In this document: positions 30,141 through 41,008 of the stretch, piece after piece
Layout of the letters: the number at the start of each line of letters is the position of its first letter
Numbering within the stretch: the stretch's first letter is position 1
Assembly: GCA_030018355.1 (NCBI GenBank)
Contig: JASEFN010000002.1
Coordinates: forward strand, 46,699 to 110,698
Length of the DNA: 64,000 nt
Reading direction: 5' to 3'
Origin: Caldisericia bacterium
GTDB lineage: Bacteria; Caldisericota; Caldisericia; B22-G15
Notes under the pieces: generated by a model
What the model was told of the DNA's origin: nothing
What the model saw: only the letters and a program-made list of their open reading frames with translations
Databases searched by the model: none
Made by a program: the position numbers and the translations under genes

Positions 30141-30714
30141 TATTGAAACAACAGGGCTTAATCCAGAATATAATAAACTTGTTGAGATTGGATGTGTAAA
30201 AGTTTATGATGGAGAAATAAAAGAGAAGTTTACTAGAATAATCGATCCAAAAGAGTCTTTGCCAGATGAAATTAAAAGGTTGACAGGATTAACTGAAGAG
30301 GATATTTCTAATTTTGGTGTTGAAGAAGAGAGGGCAATTAGAGAATTTTTTGAATTTATTGATAATTATCCTCTTATTGGTCATAATATACTAAACTTTG
30401 ATGTCCCATTTATTGAAACAAGGGGAAATATAAAACTTAAAAATCGCCTCTCTGATACTTTAATCATATCAAAATTTTTAGCGCCAAACTTAAAATCTCA
30501 TTCTTTAAGAAATGCTTTAAATCAGTTTGGTATACCTTCAGATGAATATCATAGAGCAATTGATGATGCAATTTTAACCTTTAGGTTATGGGAAATTTTA
30601 AAAGAAAGAAGTAAAAGTTTAGGAATAAATTTTATAAAAAGATATGCTGAAAATATGTATAAAGATGATAAATTAATTCTTGATGCATTTTATGTTTTTA
30701 TTGAAGATTTATGA
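30121..30714 (+). CDS. DEDDh 3'-5' exonuclease (DNA polymerase III epsilon-like)
   Basis: Exo I FFDIETTGL, Exo II IGHNILNFD and Exo III YHRAIDDA motifs. Confidence 0.8.
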   Translation: MILIFFDIETTGLNPEYNKLVEIGCVKVYDGEIKEKFTRIIDPKESLPDEIKRLTGLTEEDISNFGVEEERAIREFFEFIDNYPLIGHNILNFDVPFIETRGNIKLKNRLSDTLIISKFLAPNLKSHSLRNALNQFGIPSDEYHRAIDDAILTFRLWEILKERSKSLGINFIKRYAENMYKDDKLILDAFYVFIEDL

Positions 30715-31895
30715 AAAAACCACTTTCAATTATTTTAAGACCTAAAAATTTTGATGAATTTATAGGTCATAAAGATATAATAACTGAATCATTTAAACAA
30801 AAAATTAAAAATGGTGAAGTTCCAAATCTTATTCTTTGGGGACCACCTGGTTCTGGCAAAACAACTCTTGCAGAAATTATAAAAAATGAGAGCAAACTAA
30901 ATTTTATAAGAGTTTCTGGAGCAGAAACTTGTATTAAAGAGTTGAGAATTATAATTGACAATGCTAAAAGAGAGAAAGATTTTTTTCAAAAAGAGACAAT
31001 TCTTTTTATTGATGAAATTCATAGATTAGATAGAAAAGAGCAAGATTTTTTACTCTCTTTTGTTGAAGAAAGAGACATAATATTGATTGGAGCAACAACA
31101 GAAAATCCATATTTTACAATTGTTCCACCTCTTCTTTCAAGATGTTTCTTGTTTATTTTAGAGCCTTATAAACATGAAGAGATGGAAAAAATTTTAGAAA
31201 ATGCTTTAAAAATTTTAGAAAATATTGAATTAGACGAAGATTCTAAAAATTATTTAATTGAAATTTCAAATGGTGATGCAAGATTTTTATTAAATGTTCT
31301 TGAAAACATAAAAGCAGAATACAAAGATAAGAAAGTCAAGATAAGCGTTAATGATCTTGAAAATTTTTTAATTACAAAAAAAATAAAATTTGATAGAAAA
31401 GAAGAGCATTATAATTTAATATCAGCACTTATTAAGAGTATAAGAGGAAGTGACCCCAATGCATCTCTTTATTACCTTATGAGGCTTATTGAAGGAGGTG
31501 AAGATTTAAGATTTATAACAAGAAGATTAATAATTTTAGCAAGTGAAGATATAGGTCTTTCTGATCCTTTCGCTCTTGTTATTGCAACATCATGTGCTGA
31601 GGCAGTTGATAGAGTTGGTCTTCCTGAAGCAAAATTAATTCTTTCTGAAGTTGTTCTTTATCTTGCAAGGGCACCAAAAGATAATAGAGTACTTAAGGCA
31701 CAAGAAAGAGTTTTAGAAGTAATAGAGAAATATGGAAATCTTCCTGTCCCTCTACATTTAAGAAATCCAGTCATAAAAGGTTTAAAAGATTTAGGTTGGG
31801 GACAAGGTTATGTATATCCACACGATCATCCAGATGAAAAGATTCAATATTTACCAGATGAGATAAAAGATGAAAAATTTTTCGAAGAAAATTAA
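30711..31895 (+). CDS. rarA: replication-associated recombination protein A (MgsA/RarA AAA+ ATPase)
   Basis: Walker A GPPGSGKTT, Walker B FIDEIHR and a RarA C-terminal lid. Overlaps the exonuclease gene by 4 nt. Confidence 0.85.
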   Translation: MKKPLSIILRPKNFDEFIGHKDIITESFKQKIKNGEVPNLILWGPPGSGKTTLAEIIKNESKLNFIRVSGAETCIKELRIIIDNAKREKDFFQKETILFIDEIHRLDRKEQDFLLSFVEERDIILIGATTENPYFTIVPPLLSRCFLFILEPYKHEEMEKILENALKILENIELDEDSKNYLIEISNGDARFLLNVLENIKAEYKDKKVKISVNDLENFLITKKIKFDRKEEHYNLISALIKSIRGSDPNASLYYLMRLIEGGEDLRFITRRLIILASEDIGLSDPFALVIATSCAEAVDRVGLPEAKLILSEVVLYLARAPKDNRVLKAQERVLEVIEKYGNLPVPLHLRNPVIKGLKDLGWGQGYVYPHDHPDEKIQYLPDEIKDEKFFEEN

Positions 31896-31910
31896 TTTAT
31901 AATTTATAAT

Positions 31911-32240
31911 ATGAGTTTAAAGAAATTAACTCAAGAAGATTTTGAAGAGAAGATTTTGAATAAAAGTGGTATAAAAATTGTGAAATTTACAGCAGAGTGG
32001 TGTTATCCGTGTAAAGTGATTGAACCACATTTAGTTAAACTTGAAAAACTTTATAATGGAGAAGTTGAATTTTATGAAGTTGATGTTGAAGAAAATAGTT
32101 TTCTTGCATCGGAATATGATATAGTTAATCTACCAACACTCCTTGTTTTTAAAGATAAAAAAGTAATCGGTTCAATTGTTGGAGCGCTTTCTTTTGAATC
32201 TTTAAAAAAAGAGTTAAACGAAATTTTAAATAGAAATTAA
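31911..32240 (+). CDS. thioredoxin-family protein (atypical WCYPC active site)
   Basis: 109 aa thioredoxin fold with WCYPCK in place of the canonical WCGPCK. Confidence 0.7.
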   Translation: MSLKKLTQEDFEEKILNKSGIKIVKFTAEWCYPCKVIEPHLVKLEKLYNGEVEFYEVDVEENSFLASEYDIVNLPTLLVFKDKKVIGSIVGALSFESLKKELNEILNRN

Positions 32241-32243
32241 ATA

Positions 32244-32273
32244 GGGGTGGTAAAAACCACCCCATACTCTTTT
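32244..32273 (+). terminator. rho-independent terminator after the fol-exo-rarA-trx operon
   Basis: GGGGTGGT-AAAAA-ACCACCCC hairpin followed by ATACTCTTTT. Confidence 0.7.
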
Positions 32274-32307
32274 GAAACTTAAAGATTCTCAAAAATCTTA
32301 TTTTAAA

Positions 32308-33699
32308 TTATCTTTTAACAACAATATGAATTGCTTCTCCTAATGGAACTTTAGTTGCTTCCATAATTGCTTCAGAAAGTGTTGGATGTGTGTGTATAGT
32401 ATCAGAAATATCTTTAAGAGTTAACTTATTTTTAATCGCAAGCGCAACTTCTGCTATCATAACTGATGCATCAGGTCCCACAATTTGAGCACCTATTATC
32501 TCTTTTGTATCACTTTTTGCAACAACTTTTACAATTCCATCTGTTGAATTCATTGAAACTGCTTTTCCGTTTGCAATAAAAGGAAATTCACCAGTTATAA
32601 CATCAATACCATTTTCTTTTGCTTCTTCTTCTGTTATACCAACAGATGCAATTTCTGGTGTTGTAAATATTGCCCATGGCACAACTCTATAATCCATCTT
32701 TGTATCATATCCTACAATAATTTCTGCAACAACTTCACCCTCTTTCATTGCTTTATGTGCAAGAAGTAATCCACCAACAACATCACCAATTGCATAATGA
32801 TGATCAACATTTGTCTTTAAGTATTCATTTACAACAATTTTTCCTTTATCAGTTTGAATACCCACTTTTTCAAGACCAATATTATCTGAGTTAAGTTTTC
32901 TTCCAATTGAAACAAGAACTTTTTCAGTTTCAAGAATTTCACCGTTTCCTAAAGTAAGATACACTCTGTTATCTTTTATATCAATATTTTCAATTTTAAC
33001 TCCTAATTTAAAGTTTATCCCTCTCTTTTCATAAATTCTTTTAATAAGGTTTGCGATTTTTTTATCCTTCAAAGTTGGAACAACATTTTCCATCATTTCG
33101 ACAACAGTTACTTTTGTACCAAATGAATTAAAAAATGTTGCAAATTCCATACCTATAGCTCCAGCACCAACAATTACCATTTCTTTTGGATATTCAGTTA
33201 ACTCAAGCGCATCATCTGATGTGAGTACATTAATGTGATCAATTTTAAATGCAGGAATCAAAAGAGGTTCTGATCCTGTTGCAATAATTATATCTTTACC
33301 TTCAAATCTCTCTTTCCCTTGTGAGGTTTCAACTTCAACAATGTTTCCATCAACAAGATAACCTCTTCCATATTTTATTTCAACCTTTCTTGATTTTAAA
33401 AGGTATTCAACTCCTAAGACAAGTTTTTTGATTACATTATCTTTCCATGTTTTTATACCCTTTGGATCATAAGAGACATTATCTATATTAATGCCAAAAA
33501 TTTTTGATTCTTTTGACTCTCTATAAATCTCAGATGCTTTTAAAATTGCTTTTGTTGGTATACAACCACGATTAAGACATGTTCCACCCAAAATTTTGTT
33601 TTCAACTATTAATACTCTTTTTCCCAAATCTCCAAGTCTTATTGCTGCTACATATCCTGCAGAACCTGCACCTAAAATAATTACATCAAACTTTTCCAT
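32308..33699 (-). CDS. lpdA: dihydrolipoyl dehydrogenase
   Basis: FAD motif GAGSAGY, redox-active GGTCLNRGCIPTK, NAD site GAGAIGME, and a C-terminal HTHPTLSE dimer-interface motif. Confidence 0.85.
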   Translation of the reverse strand: MEKFDVIILGAGSAGYVAAIRLGDLGKRVLIVENKILGGTCLNRGCIPTKAILKASEIYRESKESKIFGINIDNVSYDPKGIKTWKDNVIKKLVLGVEYLLKSRKVEIKYGRGYLVDGNIVEVETSQGKERFEGKDIIIATGSEPLLIPAFKIDHINVLTSDDALELTEYPKEMVIVGAGAIGMEFATFFNSFGTKVTVVEMMENVVPTLKDKKIANLIKRIYEKRGINFKLGVKIENIDIKDNRVYLTLGNGEILETEKVLVSIGRKLNSDNIGLEKVGIQTDKGKIVVNEYLKTNVDHHYAIGDVVGGLLLAHKAMKEGEVVAEIIVGYDTKMDYRVVPWAIFTTPEIASVGITEEEAKENGIDVITGEFPFIANGKAVSMNSTDGIVKVVAKSDTKEIIGAQIVGPDASVMIAEVALAIKNKLTLKDISDTIHTHPTLSEAIMEATKVPLGEAIHIVVKR

Positions 33700-33823
33700 C
33701 TCTTCCTTTCCTCCATAATATATTTATTTTAATGTTAACAAAAATTAAATTAACTTGAAATCTTTTATATTTTCTAAAATCTGGTAAAATTGAAGAAAAT
33801 GGAAAATTTAGGAGGTATATATA

Positions 33824-34846
33824 ATGGCTGACGAAAAAGAGAAGATGCTAAATATAACTATATCAGATATAGAAAAAAGATTTGGAAAGGGCTCCATAAT
33901 GAAACTTGGAGAAAAAAGGGAGCTCCTTGATACTGAAGTTATATCTTCAGGAATATTAACTCTCGATATTGCACTTGGTGTTGGAGGATATCCAAGAGGA
34001 AGAATTATTGAAATTTTTGGACAAGAAGGAAGTGGAAAATCAACAGTTGCACTTGAAGCAGTAGCAGAGGTTCAAAGACAAGGTGGTTATGCAGTTTACA
34101 TTGATGCAGAACATGCTCTTGATCCAGCATATGCTGAGGCAATTGGTGTAGATTTAGCAAAATTATATATTTCTCAACCAGATTATGCTGAACAGGCGCT
34201 TGAAATTGCAGAAACTTTAGCAAGAAGTGGAGCAATTGATATTCTTGTTATTGATTCTGTGGCAGCCCTTGTACCTAAAACAGAATTAGAAGGAGAAATT
34301 GGAGATCAATATATGGCGCTTCAAGCACGCCTTATGTCTCAAACTTTAAGAAGATTAAACACAGCAATATCAAAATCAAAAACTGTTGCAATTTTTGTGA
34401 ATCAAGTTAGAGAAAAAGTTGGAATTATGTTTGGTAATCCTGAAGTTACACCAGGAGGAAGAGCACTAAAATTTTATTCAACAATAAGAATTGAAATAAG
34501 AAAAGGAGATTCAATAAAAGAAGGAGAAACAATTATTGGAACCTCAGTTAAAGCAAAGGTTGTGAAAAATAAGGTTGCTCCACCATATAAAGAGGCTTAT
34601 TTTGATATAATTTATGGGAAAGGCGTGCTTAAAAGTGGATGTATATTTGATGCTGCAACTGAACTTGGAATAATAGAAAAGAGTGGAACTTGGTATTCTT
34701 ATAAAGGAGAAAGAATTGCTCAAGGAAGAAAGAATGTTTTAGAATTTTTTGAAAAGAACCCACAAATTTTGAAAGATATAGAAAAAGAGGTAAGAAAGAA
34801 AGTTTTTCCAGAAGAAGAAAAACTTAATAAAGAAGAAAATAAATAA
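33824..34846 (+). CDS. recA: recombinase RecA
   Basis: GPESSGKTT-like Walker A (GQEGSGKST) and canonical RecA L1/L2 regions. 340 aa. Confidence 0.95.
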   Translation: MADEKEKMLNITISDIEKRFGKGSIMKLGEKRELLDTEVISSGILTLDIALGVGGYPRGRIIEIFGQEGSGKSTVALEAVAEVQRQGGYAVYIDAEHALDPAYAEAIGVDLAKLYISQPDYAEQALEIAETLARSGAIDILVIDSVAALVPKTELEGEIGDQYMALQARLMSQTLRRLNTAISKSKTVAIFVNQVREKVGIMFGNPEVTPGGRALKFYSTIRIEIRKGDSIKEGETIIGTSVKAKVVKNKVAPPYKEAYFDIIYGKGVLKSGCIFDAATELGIIEKSGTWYSYKGERIAQGRKNVLEFFEKNPQILKDIEKEVRKKVFPEEEKLNKEENK

Positions 34847-34848
34847 AA

Positions 34849-35277
34849 TTGAATAAAGAACTACTTAACTATTCCCTTAAACTTTTAGGGAATAGGGATT
34901 ATTTTGAAATAGAGTTAAAGATGAAATTAATAAATTGTGGATATAATGAAAAAGAGATTGATGAGGTAATTGAATATCTTAAAGATAGAAATTTTATAAA
35001 TGATTTCTCTCTTATAGAGAGAAAAATTAATTTTTATCAAAGAAAAGGCTGGGGTGAATTTAAAATATACAAATATTTAATAAATTTAGGTCTAAATAAA
35101 AATTTTGTTGAAGAAAGCATAAAAAAATTTTTAGATTTATCACTTGAAAAAGAAAACATTAAGAAATTTTCTCAAAGAAAAGATGATTTTGAAAAAAAAG
35201 TAAATTATCTTATAAACAAAGGTTTCAGAGAATCTTTAATTTTTGAAGTTCTAAAAAAGAAGGAGGATGAGATATGA
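34849..35277 (+). CDS. recX: RecA regulator RecX
   Basis: 142 aa three-helix-repeat protein immediately downstream of recA. N-terminus LKLLGNRDY. Confidence 0.65.
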   Translation: MNKELLNYSLKLLGNRDYFEIELKMKLINCGYNEKEIDEVIEYLKDRNFINDFSLIERKINFYQRKGWGEFKIYKYLINLGLNKNFVEESIKKFLDLSLEKENIKKFSQRKDDFEKKVNYLINKGFRESLIFEVLKKKEDEI

Positions 35278-36821
35278 ATTTATCATTAATTGCATATGAA
35301 GTTTTAATAATATTAGTTTTTCTCTTAGGAGGGTTAGTTGGTTTTTACATAAGAAGATATGTTGCTGAAAGTAAAATTGGTGGAGCAGAAAAAGAGGCGC
35401 AGAGAATTAAAGAGATGGCAGTTCAGGATGCTGAATCAAGATCAAAAGAGATAATTTCAAAAGCAAGAGAAGAGGCAGTTAGAATAAGAAACGAAACTGA
35501 AAAAGAACTAAAATTAAGGAAGCAAGAAATACAAAAACTTGAAGCAAAACTAATTCAAAGAGAGGAGATTATTGAAAAGAAACTTGAATCTATTGATAGA
35601 AGAGAAAAAACAGTTGCTCAAAAAGAAGAAGAAGTTAGAAAAATGAGAGAAGCGCTCGCAAGACAATATGAAAAACATAAACAGGAACTTTTACGTATAG
35701 CAAATTTAACAGAAGAAGAAGCAAAAAGAGAACTAATGGAAAAACTTGAAAAGGAACTGAGTTTAGAAATTAGTAAAAAAATAAAAGAATATGAAGATAA
35801 ATTAAAAGAAATGGAAAAAATTAAGGCTCAAGAGATAATTTCAACTGCAATACAAAGAACTGCAGTAGATTTTGTTGCTGAATCAACAATTACTGTTGTG
35901 CCACTTCCTAATGATGAAATTAAAGGAAGAATAATTGGAAGAGAGGGAAGAAACATAAGAACATTTGAATCATTAACTGAAACAGAATTAATAATAGATG
36001 ATACACCTGAAGCAGTTGTAATTTCATCATTTGATCCAATTAGAAGAGAAATTGCGAGATTAACACTTGAGAAACTTATTCTTGATGGAAGAATTCATCC
36101 TTCCAGAATTGAAGAGTTGTATGAAAAAGCAAAGCAAGAGATGGGAGAGAAAATTTTAGAGGAAGGAGAAAAAGCCCTTTTAGAATTAAATATTGTTGAT
36201 ATGCATAAAGATTTAGTTAAATTAATTGGTAAATTAAAATTTAGAACAAGTTTTGGTCAAAATGTTTTGAAACACTCAGTTGAAGTTGCATATCTTGCAG
36301 GTATAATTGCAAGCGAACTTCAAATGGATGTTCAAAAGGCTAAAAGGGCTGGCCTTCTCCACGATATTGGTAAAGCGCTTGATAAAGAGGTTGAAGGGCC
36401 TCATGCTCAAATTGGAGCAGAACTTTTAAGAAAATATGGTGAAGATGAAGAGATAATTCATGCAATTCAAGCACACCACTATGATATTCCACTTGAAAGA
36501 CCACTTGATTTTATAATTCAAGCAGCAGATGCAATTTCTGCTTCACGCCCAGGAGTTAGAAATGAATCAATAGAGCAATATATAAAGAGAATTGAAGAGT
36601 TAGAAAGAATTGCTTCATCTTTTGAGGGAGTTGAAAAAGCATATGCTCTTCAAGCAGGTAGAGAAGTTAGAGTTTTTGTTAAACCAGATTCAATTGATGA
36701 CTCTCTTCTTCCAAAGTTAGCATATGATATTGCAAAAAAGATTGAAAATGAGGTTGTTTATCCAGGTCAAATAAAAGTTTTAGTTGTAAGAGAGAGTAAA
36801 GCACTGGGATATGCTAAATGA
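35274..36821 (+). CDS. rny: ribonuclease Y
   Basis: N-terminal TM, coiled-coil, KH domain (GRIIGREGRNIR) and HD domain (LLHDIGK). 515 aa. Confidence 0.9.
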   Translation: MNLSLIAYEVLIILVFLLGGLVGFYIRRYVAESKIGGAEKEAQRIKEMAVQDAESRSKEIISKAREEAVRIRNETEKELKLRKQEIQKLEAKLIQREEIIEKKLESIDRREKTVAQKEEEVRKMREALARQYEKHKQELLRIANLTEEEAKRELMEKLEKELSLEISKKIKEYEDKLKEMEKIKAQEIISTAIQRTAVDFVAESTITVVPLPNDEIKGRIIGREGRNIRTFESLTETELIIDDTPEAVVISSFDPIRREIARLTLEKLILDGRIHPSRIEELYEKAKQEMGEKILEEGEKALLELNIVDMHKDLVKLIGKLKFRTSFGQNVLKHSVEVAYLAGIIASELQMDVQKAKRAGLLHDIGKALDKEVEGPHAQIGAELLRKYGEDEEIIHAIQAHHYDIPLERPLDFIIQAADAISASRPGVRNESIEQYIKRIEELERIASSFEGVEKAYALQAGREVRVFVKPDSIDDSLLPKLAYDIAKKIENEVVYPGQIKVLVVRESKALGYAK

Positions 36822-37609
36822 GAATACTATTTATTGGTGATATAGTTGGAGAATCAGGAAGGAGGGTCCTTGGTTTGACCCTCCAAAAAATTATAAATAA
36901 AGAAAAAATAGATCTTGTTATTGCTAATGTTGAAAATTTATCTGGAGGTTTTGGTGTAACTTTGGAAAAGTTTGAGGAGATTTTAAAATTTGGAGTGAAT
37001 GTTGCAACAAGTGGAAACCACATATGGGATAATAAAGAGTATAAACTTGTATTCGAAAAATACCCCAATATAATTTTAAGACCACTTAATTATCCTGATG
37101 GTACACCAGGAAAAGGGAGTACTGTAATTGATGTTAATGGAGAGAAGGTTTTGATTATAAATATTCAGGGAAGAACATTTATGGAGCCAATTGATTGTCC
37201 ATTTAGAAAAATAGATGAAGAATTAAAAAAATTTAATGATATAATAATTAAAATAGTTGATTTTCATGCTGAGGCTACAAGTGAAAAGAGGGCAATGCTT
37301 CATTTTCTTTCTGGTAGAGTATCCGCTTTAATTGGTACTCATACTCATGTTCAAACTTCAGATGAAGAGATTTTACCTACTGGAACATCTTATATAACTG
37401 ATGTCGGAATGACTGGAAGTTTTGATTCAGTTATTGGAATTGAAAAAGAGGCAGCAATTCACCACTTTATTACAAAACTACCCACAAGATTTAAAGTTGC
37501 AAAAGGGGATCTTAGATTAAATTCACTTTTACTTGAAATTAATGAAAAAAATGGTAAAACATTAATGATAAAAAGATATAACATAAACCTTGGAAAAGAG
37601 GGGGCATAA
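36818..37609 (+). CDS. ymdB: YmdB-family 2',3'-cyclic-nucleotide phosphodiesterase (TIGR00282 metallophosphoesterase)
   Basis: MRILFIGDIVG N-terminus and calcineurin-like motifs. Conserved rny-ymdB linkage. Confidence 0.8.
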   Translation: MRILFIGDIVGESGRRVLGLTLQKIINKEKIDLVIANVENLSGGFGVTLEKFEEILKFGVNVATSGNHIWDNKEYKLVFEKYPNIILRPLNYPDGTPGKGSTVIDVNGEKVLIINIQGRTFMEPIDCPFRKIDEELKKFNDIIIKIVDFHAEATSEKRAMLHFLSGRVSALIGTHTHVQTSDEEILPTGTSYITDVGMTGSFDSVIGIEKEAAIHHFITKLPTRFKVAKGDLRLNSLLLEINEKNGKTLMIKRYNINLGKEGA

Positions 37610-37610
37610 G

Positions 37611-38927
37611 ATGGAGAAAAGACTTTTAGAACTTAAAAAAAGGATCAAAGAGGACGAACTCTTAAGGTCCGTTAATTTATTCTTTTCATTAAACAATACA
37701 ACAGTATACCTTGTTGGAGGTTATATTAGAGATTTGCTTTTAGGGAAAGAGAGTAGTGATATAGATATTATTGTAGACGCTCCAACAAGCACTGTTAAGG
37801 CTCTTGCACATTTTTTAAATGCAAGTGTATTTTATTTGAGAAAAAGAGAAATTTATGCAAGAGTTATGATAATGAGGGAGGGTAGAAGGATTGATGTATC
37901 CTTCATAAATGAAGAAAATTTAAAAGAAGAGTTAGAAAGAAGAGATTTTACAATAAATTCAATGGCTGTTAATCTTACAAAAATTTTTAAAGATGAAGAG
38001 GATTTCTTTATTGATCATTTTAATGGATTAAAAGATCTTGAAAATAAAATTATAAAACAAACTAATTCCAATATTTTTGAAGAAGATCCAATAAGAGTTT
38101 TAAGAGCGTTTAGATTTAAACATGCATTAGGTTTTGAAATTGAAAAGGATACTCTCAAAAATCTTCAAGCAAATAAATCTCTTTTAGATAGAGTTTCTCC
38201 TGAAAGATTAAGAGAAGAGTTTTTTAGAATTCTTTTGATGGATAATCAAATTCTATATGATTTAAATGAGAGTGGTGTATTAAAAGAGTTGTTCCCAAAT
38301 ATAAATTTTGAATTTGTTGATATGGCTTTAACCAATCTTGATGATTCTGTTAAAAACCCAGATAAATATTTTAAACAAGAAGAGGTAAGAGAAGTTTACA
38401 CAAATTTCTGGAATGAACCAGTTGGGAAAGAGGTGTTTCATATTCAAACATTTAAACTTGCGCTACTTTGCTTTAGTGAAGAGACTCCTGCTCTTTTTGT
38501 TAGAAAGAAATTTAATGCATCTCTTAGAACATGTACAAAGGTACAAAATATAATTTTTGCATTTAAATATTTGAAAAATAGTTTTGATGAAGGACAAGAC
38601 ATCCTATCAGTTGATTTTATTGGAACATTCTTTAGAACATACAAAAAAGAAACAATAGAAGCCTATATGTTACTTACATTTTACTATAAGGGTTTAAAGA
38701 AATTTCCAAGAAAAGAAGTTCTTGATTTTGTTGGTTTATTTGTAAAGAATAGATTTAAATCACTTGTAATCTCTGGTAATGAAATTGTAAAAGAATATGG
38801 TTTAACACCATCACCATTTGTTGGAGATCTTTTAATGTATCTTAAAGCGCATCAAATTCTTGAAAAAATAAAAACAAAAGAGGATGCTAAAGCACTTATA
38901 GATAAATATCTAAAAAGAGAAGAGTGA
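37611..38927 (+). CDS. tRNA nucleotidyltransferase / poly(A) polymerase family protein (CCA- or A-adding head domain, no HD domain)
   Basis: GGYIRDLLLGK...DIDI nucleotidyltransferase motif and RVLRAFRF. I prefer the ATG at 37611 (Shine-Dalgarno AGAGGGGG) over the track start at 37590. Confidence 0.7.
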   Translation: MEKRLLELKKRIKEDELLRSVNLFFSLNNTTVYLVGGYIRDLLLGKESSDIDIIVDAPTSTVKALAHFLNASVFYLRKREIYARVMIMREGRRIDVSFINEENLKEELERRDFTINSMAVNLTKIFKDEEDFFIDHFNGLKDLENKIIKQTNSNIFEEDPIRVLRAFRFKHALGFEIEKDTLKNLQANKSLLDRVSPERLREEFFRILLMDNQILYDLNESGVLKELFPNINFEFVDMALTNLDDSVKNPDKYFKQEEVREVYTNFWNEPVGKEVFHIQTFKLALLCFSEETPALFVRKKFNASLRTCTKVQNIIFAFKYLKNSFDEGQDILSVDFIGTFFRTYKKETIEAYMLLTFYYKGLKKFPRKEVLDFVGLFVKNRFKSLVISGNEIVKEYGLTPSPFVGDLLMYLKAHQILEKIKTKEDAKALIDKYLKREE

Positions 38928-40159
38928 TTAACTTTCATATAAAAACTTTTGGTTGTCAGATGAATGAGTACACTTCACTCTATTTATATTCCCTTTTGTC
39001 TTCAAAAGGTGTGGAAAGTGATGTTAAAACTGCTGATTATATCATTGTTAATACATGTGCTGTAAGAGAAAAAGTAAAACACAAGATTTATTCTTACATT
39101 GGTAAGGTAAATAAAATAAAAAAGAAAGACGCAAAACTTATTGTTATAGGTTGTCTTGGTGAAATATATAAAGATGAGATTAAGAATAAATTTAATCCAT
39201 ATATTGTTGGTCTTTATGATAAAGAGGAAGAACTTTTAGAGATTGCAAAAAGTATCGAGGTTGATGTAAGTAGAAAAAGTTTACCCCTTGTCTCAAGATA
39301 TTTACCAATTATTTTTGGATGTAATCACTTCTGTTCATATTGTATTGTTCCTTTTGCAAGAGGATTCGAAAAGAGTAAACCACTGGAAGTTGTTTTAAAA
39401 GAGGCTGAAGAAATTTATAATGAAGGAGCAAGAGAAATAGTTCTTGTTGGACAGAATGTTAATGATTATGGAAAAGACCTTGGAATTCAGGACGGTTTTA
39501 TAAAAGTAATTAAAGAGGTTTCAAAAATTCCTCTTGAAAGAATAAGTTTTTTAACCTCTCACCCCAAAAATTTCAAATTAGAGTGGATTGAAGAGTTATG
39601 CGAAGTTAAAAATTTACTCCATCTTTTTCATCTACCACTTCAAAGTGGATCAAATAAAGTATTAAAATTAATGAGAAGGGGATATACAATTGAAGATTAC
39701 ATTAAAATAGTTGAAAAAATAAGAAGTCTTTTTAAAGATGCATCTATTACAACTGATCTTCTTGTTGGCTTTCCTGGAGAAAGTGACGAAGATTTTCTTT
39801 TAACAATTGATGCAGTTAAAAAGATTGAATTTGATAGAGCATATATGTTTAGTTATTCAAAAAGACCAAAAACTTTTTCAGAAAAGTTTGAGTGCGAGAT
39901 TCCAGAAAGTGAAAAATTAAGAAGACTCAACTATCTAATAAAAATTCAAGATGAGATAACTCTTAAAAAATATAGTGAATTCATTGGAAAAGAGGTTGAA
40001 GTTTTAATTGAAAATTTAAAAGAGGGTAAAGGAATTGGAAAAGAGAAGGGTGGAAGAGTAACAATTGTTGAAGGAGTAAAGGAGAGCGATTTAGGAAAGA
40101 TTGTAAAAGTAAAAGTAGAAAGAGTAAACATAAGAGAACTTTTTGGGAAGAGAATTTAG
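38924..40159 (+). CDS. miaB: MiaB-like tRNA methylthiotransferase (radical SAM)
   Basis: MTTase N domain (TFGCQMNEYTS), radical-SAM motif CSYCIVP and a C-terminal TRAM domain. Confidence 0.75.
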   Translation: MINFHIKTFGCQMNEYTSLYLYSLLSSKGVESDVKTADYIIVNTCAVREKVKHKIYSYIGKVNKIKKKDAKLIVIGCLGEIYKDEIKNKFNPYIVGLYDKEEELLEIAKSIEVDVSRKSLPLVSRYLPIIFGCNHFCSYCIVPFARGFEKSKPLEVVLKEAEEIYNEGAREIVLVGQNVNDYGKDLGIQDGFIKVIKEVSKIPLERISFLTSHPKNFKLEWIEELCEVKNLLHLFHLPLQSGSNKVLKLMRRGYTIEDYIKIVEKIRSLFKDASITTDLLVGFPGESDEDFLLTIDAVKKIEFDRAYMFSYSKRPKTFSEKFECEIPESEKLRRLNYLIKIQDEITLKKYSEFIGKEVEVLIENLKEGKGIGKEKGGRVTIVEGVKESDLGKIVKVKVERVNIRELFGKRI

Positions 40160-41008
40160 ATGAAAATTTTTCCAATAGCTGGAGAGACACTTGGTGTAAG
40201 AAGTACATCTGTCTTTGTGCAAACTGAAAATTTAAAAATTCTAATTGATCCTGGTTTTTCAATTCCACAAATAAAAAATCTCTTTCCTCCAACTCCCTAT
40301 GAATTTAGAGCAGCAGATAAAATAAAAAAAATTCTTAAAGAAAAAGCAATGGAGTGTGATTTAATAATTATAACTCACTATCATATGGATCACTTTTCAT
40401 ATTATGAAGATTTTTATAAAAATAAAATTGTTTTTATAAAAGATCCAGAAAATTATATAAGTGAAAATCAAAAAGAGAGAGCAAAAAAATTATTAAATAT
40501 TCTTGAAAAAAACTCAAAGAATTTTCATATTGCTAATGGAGAAATAAATTTTGGAAAAACAAAGATAAAATTTTCAAAGATATTTCCACATGGAGTAGAT
40601 GAGAAAATGGGAGGAGTTATTTCAGTTTTAATTGATGATGGAGAAAAATTGATTTATTCATCTGATATATCAGGTTTCTCAAGTGAAAATTCAGAGAGTT
40701 TTGTTATTGATGAAAAACCAGATATTTTAATTTTTGATGGCCCTGTAAGTGAAGTTCTTGATAAAGCAATTAAAAGCACAGAAAAAATATTAAATGAGAC
40801 AAATATTAAAATATTTATAATGGAGCACCATCCATATAGAGATTTAGATTATAAAGAAAAACTAAAAGAATACTTTTCAATTTTTGAAAAAAGGGGGTTA
40901 ACTCTTTTAAACTATGCTTTATTTTTGAATAAAGAAGAGATGCTTCTTGAAGGAGAAAGAGAACTCTTTTATGAAAAACCTTTTAGATTTAATAAACCTT
41001 TATGGTGA
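40160..41008 (+). CDS. MBL-fold metallo-hydrolase
   Basis: ITHYHMDH metallo-beta-lactamase motif. Confidence 0.6.
   Translation: MKIFPIAGETLGVRSTSVFVQTENLKILIDPGFSIPQIKNLFPPTPYEFRAADKIKKILKEKAMECDLIIITHYHMDHFSYYEDFYKNKIVFIKDPENYISENQKERAKKLLNILEKNSKNFHIANGEINFGKTKIKFSKIFPHGVDEKMGGVISVLIDDGEKLIYSSDISGFSSENSESFVIDEKPDILIFDGPVSEVLDKAIKSTEKILNETNIKIFIMEHHPYRDLDYKEKLKEYFSIFEKRGLTLLNYALFLNKEEMLLEGERELFYEKPFRFNKPLW

Noticed and set aside
31911-32240. Thioredoxin with a CYPC active site considered as a novel redox protein.
   Set aside because: Apart from G-to-Y in the CxxC dipeptide, this is an ordinary 109-aa thioredoxin-fold protein at the end of an operon. It is a minor sequence variant only.
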